This document shows positions 19,222 through 27,361 of a stretch of DNA of 58,403 nt, piece after piece. This stretch comes from a bacterium (GTDB taxonomy: Bacteria > Zhuqueibacterota > QNDG01 > DTFT01). Position 1 is the stretch's first letter; each line of letters begins with the position of its first letter. The position numbers were made by a program, and so were the translations under genes. A model generated the notes under the pieces. It saw only the letters and a list, made by a program, of their open reading frames with translations, was not told the DNA's origin and ran no database searches. Location of the stretch: positions 1-58,403 of the forward strand of contig JAFGAX010000140.1 in the NCBI GenBank assembly GCA_016933415.1. Direction: 5' to 3'.

Positions 19222-20333
19222 GCCATGCCTCCTGCCGTTCGGAGTCCGTCCGGACTCGCGTGCTTTTTCTTCGGGATTCCGCCCGCCGGCCGGCCGTCCG
19301 CCCTCGCGCAGGACGCCCGGGGAACCAGAGTCGCCTCCAACTCCACCGTCTTGCGGATCACGGAATCGGTTTTGCCGATCTGCTGCATCAGCAGGTCCGC
19401 GGCCGCCTTCCCCATTTCATAGGCGGGTACCCGGATCGAGGACAGCGGAACGCGGACGGATCCGCAGAATTCGATGTCATCGAAACCGATGACCGAAACG
19501 TCCTCCGGGATGTGGACGCCCAGTTCCATCAGCGCATTCATGACCCCGATGGCCACCAGATCGTTGAAGCAGAAAACAGCCGTGGGCCGCTCGCCCGATC
19601 CGGAAAACTGCGCCTTCGCCGCGGCGTACCCGTCAGCGAGATAGACCCCCGCCTGCCGGACGCCGGACGCGGAAAACGGAAGACCGTGTTCCATCATGGC
19701 CCTCCGGTAGCCGGTCAGACGCTCCCGGTTGTGCATGGAATAGTCCGGACCGGAGTAATAGGCGATCTTGCGGTGTCCGAGACCGATCAGATAGGAAACC
19801 GCCTCGCAGGCCGCACCCTCGTTCCTGATATCGACGACATTTGCCGCGACGTTGGCCACTTTCTCGAGCAGGACGAGCGGCACCTGGTTCTGAGAGATCA
19901 GTGACAGATGGGACATATCCGCGTCCGACCCCTGGAGCGGAGACAGAATCAGGCCGTCGACGCGCTGGCGGAGAAGGGCTTCAATGCTGCTCTTTTCACG
20001 GTCCGGTTGAAGTTCCGAACTGCCGAGAAGAACCGTGTATCCGCAACCGGAGAAATACTCGAATACGCCGCGCATGATCTTGGTGAAATACGGATTATCG
20101 ATCTGTTTCACCACCAGCCCGATGCTCCGCGTCTGTCGGGAAGAAAGTGAACGGGCGATCTGATTCGGTTGATAATTCAGTTTCCGGATGACATCCCGCA
20201 CACGGTCCCGCGTCGCTGCGGAAATGCTCGGGCGATTGTTCAGGACAAAAGAAACCGTTGATTTCGACACTCCGGCCAGGCGGGCGACGTCATCGATGGT
20301 TACTTTTTCTTTAAAACGGTTTTGATTATTCAT
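19218..20333 (-). CDS. LacI-family transcriptional regulator
   Basis: VTIDDVARLAGVSKSTVSFVLN HTH, YQPNQIARSL hinge, AVFCFNDLVAIG, VSVIGFDD. Confidence 0.95.
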   Translation of the reverse strand: MNNQNRFKEKVTIDDVARLAGVSKSTVSFVLNNRPSISAATRDRVRDVIRKLNYQPNQIARSLSSRQTRSIGLVVKQIDNPYFTKIMRGVFEYFSGCGYTVLLGSSELQPDREKSSIEALLRQRVDGLILSPLQGSDADMSHLSLISQNQVPLVLLEKVANVAANVVDIRNEGAACEAVSYLIGLGHRKIAYYSGPDYSMHNRERLTGYRRAMMEHGLPFSASGVRQAGVYLADGYAAAKAQFSGSGERPTAVFCFNDLVAIGVMNALMELGVHIPEDVSVIGFDDIEFCGSVRVPLSSIRVPAYEMGKAAADLLMQQIGKTDSVIRKTVELEATLVPRASCARADGRPAGGIPKKKHASPDGLRTAGGMA

Positions 20334-20394
20334 ATTCTATTTAAAATCAATTGGTTATTATTCGGTGTTTTATTATTTGTTAAACCGATATAGT

Positions 20395-20423
20395 AAGATA
20401 TGGATAATTATCCTCGAAATCAA
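20395..20423 (-). promoter_or_regulatory. Putative promoter of the lacI-SDR-gnd-larA operon with an internal palindrome
   Basis: TTGATT-17 nt-TATCTT; perfect palindrome GGATAATTATCC (20402-20413) in the spacer. Confidence 0.55.
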
Positions 20424-20479
20424 GTGATAAATTGAAAAATGCGAGCGCAGGTATTTCTGCCAAAATTGCATTTTTCAAC

Positions 20480-20508
20480 TTGCATATTTCCGCCAAAATT
20501 GTTATAAT
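20480..20508 (+). promoter_or_regulatory. Consensus sigma70 promoter (extended -10) for the FAH-family gene
   Basis: TTGCAT-17 nt-TATAAT preceded by TG. Confidence 0.75.
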
Positions 20509-20540
20509 ATTGAAATTATATAAGTTATCATGAGGAAACC

Positions 20541-21449
20541 GTGCGACTCTTTTCTTTCCAATTACCGGATGGTTCATTCGGTATCGGTGTTGAAACACCG
20601 GAAGGACCGGTCAATCTCACAGCCGCTTTTGAGATTTACCAGCAGGCCAAGCGGGTGCGACAGCCGGTCACTTTTGCCTTTATTCAGGTCATGGTGGAAA
20701 TGGGTTACGGTTCCGCCTCCGCCATACGCAGAATCGTGGAAGATCCGTGGGTCCGCTCCAAATCCGCTGGTCTACGCCTGCCGCAGGATTTCGAATTCGG
20801 TCTTCCCATCCTGCGTCCCTCGAAAATTGTGGCCATCGGCCGCAACTATCTGGCCCATGTCCGCGAACTTCAGCACGAAATCCCGACGGAACCCGTTTTC
20901 TTCTGCAAGGCGCCGTCCTCGCTCGTGCCCCACGGATCGAACATCGTCATTCCCGCCTGGCTCGATTCCCGCGTGGATCACGAGGCGGAACTGGCGCTGG
21001 TCATCGGGAAACCCTGCCGGAACGTTCCGGAAGCGGAGGCGCTTGAATACATCGCCGGGTACAGCATCGTCAACGACGTCACCGCCCGGGCCATGCAGAA
21101 AGAGGACATCGCGGCAGGCAATCCGTGGTTCCGGTCGAAGAGCATCGACACGTTCTGCCCCATGGGACCCTATTTCGTGCCGTCCGATGACGTGCCCGAT
21201 CCCAACCGCCTGAACATCCGGCTCACGGTGAATGGAGAGACGAAACAGCAGGCCGGCACTGCATCCATGATTTTTCCGGTGGAACGCCTGGTTTCCGCTG
21301 TTTCACGGTACATGACGCTTCAACCCGGCGACGTGATCGCCACGGGCACCCCCGAGGGCGTCTCCCCCATCGGTCCGGGCGACGTGATCGAAATCGAAAT
21401 TGACGGGCTGGGGACGCTCAAAAATCAGGTCGTCAAGGAAGGAGTTTAA
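20541..21449 (+). CDS. Fumarylacetoacetate hydrolase family protein
   Basis: KIVAIGRNYLAHVRE, PVFFCKAPSS, DHEAELALVIGK, GYSIVNDVTAR, RSKSIDTFCPMGP, GDVIATGTPEGV; GTG start. Confidence 0.92.
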   Translation: MRLFSFQLPDGSFGIGVETPEGPVNLTAAFEIYQQAKRVRQPVTFAFIQVMVEMGYGSASAIRRIVEDPWVRSKSAGLRLPQDFEFGLPILRPSKIVAIGRNYLAHVRELQHEIPTEPVFFCKAPSSLVPHGSNIVIPAWLDSRVDHEAELALVIGKPCRNVPEAEALEYIAGYSIVNDVTARAMQKEDIAAGNPWFRSKSIDTFCPMGPYFVPSDDVPDPNRLNIRLTVNGETKQQAGTASMIFPVERLVSAVSRYMTLQPGDVIATGTPEGVSPIGPGDVIEIEIDGLGTLKNQVVKEGV

Positions 21450-21460
21450 GGTATATTGCT

Positions 21461-21604
21461 AAAGTTTAAAGTTCTAAGTTCAAAGTTCAAAGAAAGACGC
21501 TATCAGCATGCTTTTTCTCTGAACACTGATTATTGCGCTCCAGGAAAATAACTATTTTCATAAGACTTTTTTTTACTTTGAACTTTAAACCTTGAACTTT
21601 GAAC
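21461..21604. repeat. Inverted heptamer-array element B
   Basis: AAAGTTT AAAGTTC TAAGTTC AAAGTTC AAAG ... CTTTGAA CTTTAAA CCTTGAA CTTTGAAC around an AT-rich ~83-nt core. Confidence 0.85.
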
Positions 21605-21627
21605 CGAAGAAAAATCAGGAGGCAACG

Positions 21628-22545
21628 TTGAAACTTTTAGTGACCGGCGGCGCCGGATTCATCGGATCGCACATCGCGGACGGCCTGATCGAAAAGGGAC
21701 ACGACGTCACCGTCATCGACAACCTGCTCATGGGCCGAATGGAAAACGTGCCGAAAGCCGCGCGCTTCCACCTCATGGACATCCGGGCGCCTGAGATCGA
21801 GAAGGTTTTTGATCTCGGCCGGTTTGACGCGGTTTTCCACCTGGCGGCGCAGATGGACGTCCGCAGGTCCGTGGAGGATCCCATTTTCGACGCCGGCGTG
21901 AACGTCCTCGGCACCCTGAACCTGATCCGGAACGCGGTCCGCACGGGCGTGAAAAAAGTGGTCTTCGCCTCGACCGGCGGCGCTGTGTACGGCGAGCAGG
22001 AAGTCTTTCCGTGCGACGAGACCCATCCGACCCGGCCCGTATCTCCCTACGGCATCACCAAGCTGTGCGTGGAAAAGTACCTTTTCTATTATGCCCTGGA
22101 ATTCGGCCTGAAATACGCCGTGCTCCGGTTCGCGAATGTCTACGGCCCGCGCCAGAATCCGCACGGTGAGGCCGGCGTGGTCGCCATATTCGCCAGCCGC
22201 CTGCTGTCCGGGGAACAGCCCGTCATCAACGGTGACGGCAAACAGACGCGGGACTACGTTTATGTGGGCGATGTGGTGCAGGCCAATCTCAAGGCGCTCG
22301 AGCACCCGGAAAATGACGCGTTCAACGTGGGCACGGGCGTCGAAACGGATGTCAACCGGATATTCGACCTTCTGAACCGTCACACCGGAGGTAAGGCCTC
22401 CGAACAGCACGGCCCCGCCAAGCCCGGGGAACAGAAACGCAGTGTCATCAGCTTTCGGAAAATCAAGGACGTCCTGGGCTGGGAACCCCGTGTCGGGCTG
22501 GAGGAAGGCCTGAAACGCACGGTCGACTATTTCAGGAACCGTTAG
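21628..22545 (+). CDS. NAD-dependent epimerase/dehydratase (UDP-glucose 4-epimerase-like extended SDR)
   Basis: LVTGGAGFIGSH, HLAAQMDV, ASTGGAVYG, YGITK, LRFANVYGPRQ, RDYVYVGD; TTG start 21628 after AGGAGG. Confidence 0.9.
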   Translation: MKLLVTGGAGFIGSHIADGLIEKGHDVTVIDNLLMGRMENVPKAARFHLMDIRAPEIEKVFDLGRFDAVFHLAAQMDVRRSVEDPIFDAGVNVLGTLNLIRNAVRTGVKKVVFASTGGAVYGEQEVFPCDETHPTRPVSPYGITKLCVEKYLFYYALEFGLKYAVLRFANVYGPRQNPHGEAGVVAIFASRLLSGEQPVINGDGKQTRDYVYVGDVVQANLKALEHPENDAFNVGTGVETDVNRIFDLLNRHTGGKASEQHGPAKPGEQKRSVISFRKIKDVLGWEPRVGLEEGLKRTVDYFRNR

Positions 22546-22560
22546 GACGGACGCCGGGTC

Positions 22561-23703
22561 ATGAGCCAGATCGAGCCGCGACCGCCTGAAACCCGTCCGG
22601 AAGACCACGGTCTGGTCGGCCGTTCCGAGGCTTTTCTGCAGGCATGGGAACTCGTCAAGCAGGTCGCTCCGACCCAGATCACCGTTCTCATCACGGGAGA
22701 GAGCGGAACCGGCAAGGACATGATCGCCCGGGCCCTTCACGCGATGAGCCCGCGCCGCGAGAAACCGCTCCTGAACGTCAACTGCGGCGCGATTCCCGAG
22801 GGCCTGCTGGAAAGCGAGTTGTTCGGGCATGAAAAAGGCTCCTTCACGGGCGCCACGGATTCCAGGCGTGGTTATTTCGAAATGGCGGACGGCGGCACCC
22901 TCTTTCTCGACGAAATCGGGGAATTGCCGCTCGCCACGCAGGTCAAGCTTCTCCGCGTGCTTGAGACCATGGAATTCATGCGCGTGGGCGGAAGCCGCCT
23001 CCAGCGGGTGGACGTCCGTGTGATCGCGGCCACGAACAAGGATCTGGATTCCGCCGTGTCCCGCGGCGAATTCCGGCGTGATCTGTTCTACCGCCTCAAT
23101 GCGGTCAAAATCCGGGTGCCTTCCCTCCGGGAGCGCCGGACGGACATCCGCGACCTGGCGCTCCGGTTCACGGACGCGGTATGCCGGACCAACCGCATTC
23201 CCTTCGAGGGATTCACCGAAGACGCTTTTGAACTGCTCGAAAGCTATTCCTGGCCCGGGAACGTCCGGGAGATGCGCAACGTGATCGAGCGCGTGATCGT
23301 CCTGGAAAAGGGTCAGCGGATCGACCGCGCCCGGCTCGAAAGCCATCTCGGCGAAGGGCTGGATTTCGAACGCAACCTTCCGGTCATCACGCACAAGAGC
23401 TCCGAACAGGCGGAACGGGAGCTCCTGGTCCGTGCGCTGCTGGACATCCGTATGGCCATCGAGGAGATCCGTCGTCTGCTGGTCCGCGGATCCGGCCCCA
23501 GGGCTCCGCTCACGCCCGTGCCGCCGGAACAGGCGCCTGTCGTGGAAACCCTTTCGAGGGATTTCAATCTCGAGGAGCTGGAAAAACAGCAGATCGAACG
23601 CGCGATCGACCGGTTCGCCGGAAACCGGAGAAAGGCGGCGAAAGCGCTGGGCATCGGCGAACGCACCCTCTACAGGAAACTGAAGGAGTACGGAATTGAA
23701 TGA
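22561..23703 (+). CDS. Sigma-54-interacting AAA+ regulator with Fis-type HTH and no sensory domain
   Basis: GESGTGKD, ESELFGHEKGSFTGA, LFLDEIGE, FRRDLFYRL, WPGNVREM, AAKALGIGERTLYRKL. Confidence 0.92.
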   Translation: MSQIEPRPPETRPEDHGLVGRSEAFLQAWELVKQVAPTQITVLITGESGTGKDMIARALHAMSPRREKPLLNVNCGAIPEGLLESELFGHEKGSFTGATDSRRGYFEMADGGTLFLDEIGELPLATQVKLLRVLETMEFMRVGGSRLQRVDVRVIAATNKDLDSAVSRGEFRRDLFYRLNAVKIRVPSLRERRTDIRDLALRFTDAVCRTNRIPFEGFTEDAFELLESYSWPGNVREMRNVIERVIVLEKGQRIDRARLESHLGEGLDFERNLPVITHKSSEQAERELLVRALLDIRMAIEEIRRLLVRGSGPRAPLTPVPPEQAPVVETLSRDFNLEELEKQQIERAIDRFAGNRRKAAKALGIGERTLYRKLKEYGIE

Positions 23704-24238
23704 CCCGGACGCGACACCGGATCGGAGAGCCCGATGCCGCCGCGCTTTCCCGCCGGCCCGGACGGTCGGGGCCGCGGCGGTTCTCGCGTTGACGGCCCTG
23801 CTCATCCGTTGCGGGGCCTACAGTTTCTCCGGAGCCTCCCTCCCGCCGCACCTGAAAACGGTCGCCATCCCTCTTTTCGAAAACCGGACTCCTGAATTCG
23901 GCATCGATCAGACGCTGACGGACGCCGTGATCGAAGCCGTGACACGGGACAACACGCTGAAGATCGCGGAGCCCGCATCCGCCGACTGCATCCTTCGGTG
24001 CACGCTGAACCGTGTCGAGGACAGGGCCGGCCAGTACAACCAGAATGAGGAGGCGTCCACGTTCCGGGTCACGCTGTCCGTCCAGGCGGTCTTCGAGGAC
24101 ATGCGGAAGCGCGTCGTGATCTGGCAGGGCCCGTTCACCGCTTTCGGCAACTATTCTGAGGACCGCGACGCGGGAATCGACGAAGCCGTGGACAAGCTGA
24201 AAACCGAAATCGTCAACCGGATGGTTTCGAACTGGTAG
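23696..24238 (+). CDS. lptE: LPS-assembly lipoprotein LptE family
   Basis: CGAYSFSGASLPPHLKTVAIPLFENRT...TLTDAVIE...KTEIVNRMVSNW, FCB-type LptE pattern; start codon uncertain (TTG 23696). Confidence 0.75.
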   Translation: MNDPDATPDRRARCRRAFPPARTVGAAAVLALTALLIRCGAYSFSGASLPPHLKTVAIPLFENRTPEFGIDQTLTDAVIEAVTRDNTLKIAEPASADCILRCTLNRVEDRAGQYNQNEEASTFRVTLSVQAVFEDMRKRVVIWQGPFTAFGNYSEDRDAGIDEAVDKLKTEIVNRMVSNW

Positions 24239-24245
24239 AAACAGG

Positions 24246-24274
24246 TTGAATTAAAATCCGTTTTTTGTTATATT
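24246..24274 (+). promoter_or_regulatory. Consensus sigma70 promoter (extended -10)
   Basis: TTGAAT-17 nt-TATATT preceded by TG, upstream of the TPR gene. Confidence 0.7.
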
Positions 24275-24361
24275 TAATTGCGACCGCGGTGCGCCTCCGC
24301 TGAGACGGCAGGCGGACAGGCGCCGGAAAGAACCGTCACCGTAACCGGCCGGAGCCCCAAC

Positions 24362-25813
24362 GTGGAAAAAGACGAATTGCTCGACTATCTGGAGTCCCGC
24401 CTGCGGGACAATCCGAAATCGCTTCTGTTCGCGCGGCTGGCCGATGAGTATCTGAAGCGCGGCAATTCAGACGATGCGCTGGTTCTCTGCACCGAGGGCG
24501 TGAAGCATCACCCCTATTACACCACCGGATACTTTGTCCTGGCCAGAGCCCATGTCCTCCGCAAGGAATATGACAAGGCCGAAGCGGCCCTGAAAAAAGT
24601 GCTGTCCCACGACCAGCAATATCTGTCCGCACAGAAACTGCTCGGCGACATACTGGTCAAAACCGGCTGGGAAGCGGCCGCTTCCGAGCATTACGCCAGC
24701 GTGATTGACTCCGATCCCATGGAGGACAGAGTCCGTGATCTGATGAAACGGTACTCTGTACCCGCAGACGGTCCGAAACCCCGGAGCGCCGCCCTCCCGG
24801 AAACGCCTGCGTCCGCTGAACCGGAGTCGCCGTTACAGCCGGAGCCGGACTCCGAACCCGTCGCGACGCCGGTCATGCCGGCCCCGGAAATGAAAACGAC
24901 TGTTCCGATCCCCCCCGATGATACGGATTCGGACTGGACCGAACAAATACGCGAATTCAGTCCGGAGGACATCGATCTGCCGGTTCCGTTGACAGCCGGA
25001 CTGCCGGATGGGACGCCCCCCCCGGCGGATTTCATGACGGATCCCGGGACCGCGGAAACGACGCTGCCTGCGGCCCCGGATGAACCGGATTCCGGCGACG
25101 AACTCGAATCCCTTATTACCGACCTTGAGGAAACTCCGGCGCCGGCCGATGCGCCGTCTTCAGCGAAACCCGAACCGGTTCAAAACCCCGAAGAAATGGT
25201 GGATTTCACCCAGAACTGGTTTGATCTGTCCTCGTTCGACAACCCGGAGGAGGAAAAGACGGAGGAAACCCCGGCCGGGGACAAAGCCCAGGACCTCGAA
25301 CTTGACATCCAGGAGGTTGAAACACCGGCCTCCGGGGCCGATGCTCCACCCCGGACGGATGAGCCGCAGGCGTCTGACTTGTTCGAGAAAAAGGAGCCGG
25401 AGGGATTCCTCAACCCGTCTGAACTGGAACCGGCCGTGAACCCGCCTGCGCCGGAGCCCCCGCCGGAACCACCGGCGCGGGAGTCCGTCAAACCCGTTCC
25501 CTGGTTCAAGGCCGAGAAACATTCCGGCACGGCCGAAAAATCCCCGGCCCCGCAGACATCGCCTGTTGCGTCTCGATCGGGAGAAACGGCCGCCGCACGG
25601 CCGGCCGATCCGGTACAGCCTTCGAGAGCGGATGACCGTTCCGACCTGAAAATCGTGACTTCCACGCTCGGCGAAATCTATGCCGCACAGGGTCAGTTCG
25701 AAAAGGCGATCGAAGTTTACGAGGCCCTCCTCGAAAAATCGCCCAATGAATCGCGGTACAAGGACAAGATCGCGGACCTGCAAAAGAGACTGAAGGAATC
25801 ATCCGGAAAATAA
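24362..25813 (+). CDS. Tetratricopeptide-repeat protein with a long acidic/proline-rich linker and a C-terminal TPR
   Basis: GTG start after GGAG; N-terminal TPRs (LFARLADEYL, GYFVLARAH, AQKLLGDIL); about 300 aa P/E/D/A-rich; C-terminal TSTLGEIYAAQGQFEKAIEVYEALL. Confidence 0.8.
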   Translation: MEKDELLDYLESRLRDNPKSLLFARLADEYLKRGNSDDALVLCTEGVKHHPYYTTGYFVLARAHVLRKEYDKAEAALKKVLSHDQQYLSAQKLLGDILVKTGWEAAASEHYASVIDSDPMEDRVRDLMKRYSVPADGPKPRSAALPETPASAEPESPLQPEPDSEPVATPVMPAPEMKTTVPIPPDDTDSDWTEQIREFSPEDIDLPVPLTAGLPDGTPPPADFMTDPGTAETTLPAAPDEPDSGDELESLITDLEETPAPADAPSSAKPEPVQNPEEMVDFTQNWFDLSSFDNPEEEKTEETPAGDKAQDLELDIQEVETPASGADAPPRTDEPQASDLFEKKEPEGFLNPSELEPAVNPPAPEPPPEPPARESVKPVPWFKAEKHSGTAEKSPAPQTSPVASRSGETAAARPADPVQPSRADDRSDLKIVTSTLGEIYAAQGQFEKAIEVYEALLEKSPNESRYKDKIADLQKRLKESSGK

Positions 25814-25885
25814 CAAGCCTGTTGGCCGGTGTTGGCCATCTGCCGGCCCGATCCCATTCCCCCGCGACCCGGACAACCGGCGGCC

Positions 25886-26767
25886 ATGATATCCGTCCTG
25901 ATCGTCACCTATCGCAGTGAACGTTATATCCTCCCCTGCCTGTCCTCCCTGCCCGGGACGGTGGACGGGGGGGTCGAAGTCTGCGTGGTGGACAACAGTC
26001 TGTCCGATGAAACGCGGGCCCTCATCGGGACCTTCATGCGCGGTCCGGAAGGACGGCGCATCCGCGTGATTCCGGGCCGCGAACCGAGAAGTTACGCCGC
26101 GGCCGTCAATCTCGGCCTCCGCGCCTGCCGGGGCGACTGGATCTGCCTGCTCGGCCCGGACACCCGGATGGGCCGCGGTTGCCTGGAATATATGATCCGT
26201 TATCTGAGACGCCACCCCGAAGCCGGCGCCGCGGCCCCCCGGCTCACGGACGACGCAGGCCGGCCCCTTCCGTCGTGCCGGCGTTTCCCCGGGGTACGGG
26301 ATGCCCTTCTGGAAATGAGCGGACTGCCGCGGCTGTGGCCGTCCCGATTCACGCCCCGGTGGAAGATGCCGGACTTCCGGCTTGACCGGATCGCCGATGT
26401 GGATCAGCCGGAAGCGACCTGCCTCCTCCTCCGGCGCCGTGTGGTCGATGCCGTCGGGCCGATGGATGAACGTTTTCCGCTGTTCTTCAATGATGTGGAC
26501 TGGTGCCGCCGCATCCGGACGGCCGGATGGCGCATCGTCTTTCTGCCGGAAGCATCCGTGGAGCATGTCCGCGGCGCCAGCGTGAACCGGGAACCGTTCA
26601 TCAAAATCTGGCGAAGCCACCAGGGTTTCTACCGTTATCTCTCGAAACACATCGGGTCCGGCCGGCGACGGCCGCTGCTCCCGGTGCTCGGATGGCTTTT
26701 CATCGTGACGGCCGTCCTTCGCGCCGGATGGACCCTTATGCAACTCAATCCGGGGAAGAACGAATGA
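25886..26767 (+). CDS. Glycosyltransferase family 2 (WbbL-like)
   Basis: ISVLIVTY, VVDNSLSD, YAAAVNLG, CLLGPDT, CLLLRR, MDERFPLFFNDVDWC, HVRGAS. Confidence 0.88.
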   Translation: MISVLIVTYRSERYILPCLSSLPGTVDGGVEVCVVDNSLSDETRALIGTFMRGPEGRRIRVIPGREPRSYAAAVNLGLRACRGDWICLLGPDTRMGRGCLEYMIRYLRRHPEAGAAAPRLTDDAGRPLPSCRRFPGVRDALLEMSGLPRLWPSRFTPRWKMPDFRLDRIADVDQPEATCLLLRRRVVDAVGPMDERFPLFFNDVDWCRRIRTAGWRIVFLPEASVEHVRGASVNREPFIKIWRSHQGFYRYLSKHIGSGRRRPLLPVLGWLFIVTAVLRAGWTLMQLNPGKNE

Positions 26768-27276
26768 ACAAACGTTTTGAAGGCCGGGTCTGGAAACTCG
26801 GGGACCAGGTGGATACGGATGTCATCTATCCGGGCCGATACCTTCCGATTCTCGATCCGGCTGAAATGGCCCGTCACGCCCTCGAAGGCGTGGATCCGGA
26901 GTTTCCGGAAAAACTGCGGCCGGGAGACATTCTGGTGGCGGGTTCCAATTTCGGATGCGGGTCATCCCGGGAACAGGCGGCGACCTGCCTCAAGGAGGCG
27001 GGCGTGGCCTGTGTCATCGCGAAATCCTTCGCGAGAATTTTTTTCCGGAACGCCATCAACCTGGGGCTTCCGCTTGTCGAGAGCGCGGACGCCCCGGACC
27101 GGATTCAATCCGGGGACCGTCTGGTCGTTGATTTTGACACCGGCTTGCTCCGGACGGGCGGGGTCCAATTCCGCTTTTCGTCCCTTCCGCCCATGGTCAT
27201 GGAGATTCTCGACGCCGGCGGTCTGATCGCCCAGGTCCGCGCCAAACTCGGACGCAACGGCCCGCCCGCAGGATAA
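26764..27276 (+). CDS. leuD: 3-isopropylmalate dehydratase / aconitase-family small subunit (short, archaeal-type)
   Basis: 170 aa; GRVWKLGDQVDTDVIYPGRYL, VAGSNFGCGSSREQA, SFARIFFRNAINLGLP, ILDAGGL; ATGA overlap with the GT2 stop; could be a HacB/DmdB-type paralog. Confidence 0.8.
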   Translation: MNKRFEGRVWKLGDQVDTDVIYPGRYLPILDPAEMARHALEGVDPEFPEKLRPGDILVAGSNFGCGSSREQAATCLKEAGVACVIAKSFARIFFRNAINLGLPLVESADAPDRIQSGDRLVVDFDTGLLRTGGVQFRFSSLPPMVMEILDAGGLIAQVRAKLGRNGPPAG

Positions 27277-27361
27277 CGCGCATCACCGCCGCTGACGGGC
27301 CCGCAAGCGGCCGCACCGGTTCATCCCGATTCCGTTCAACGCCGAAGGAGCCAATTCAGAC

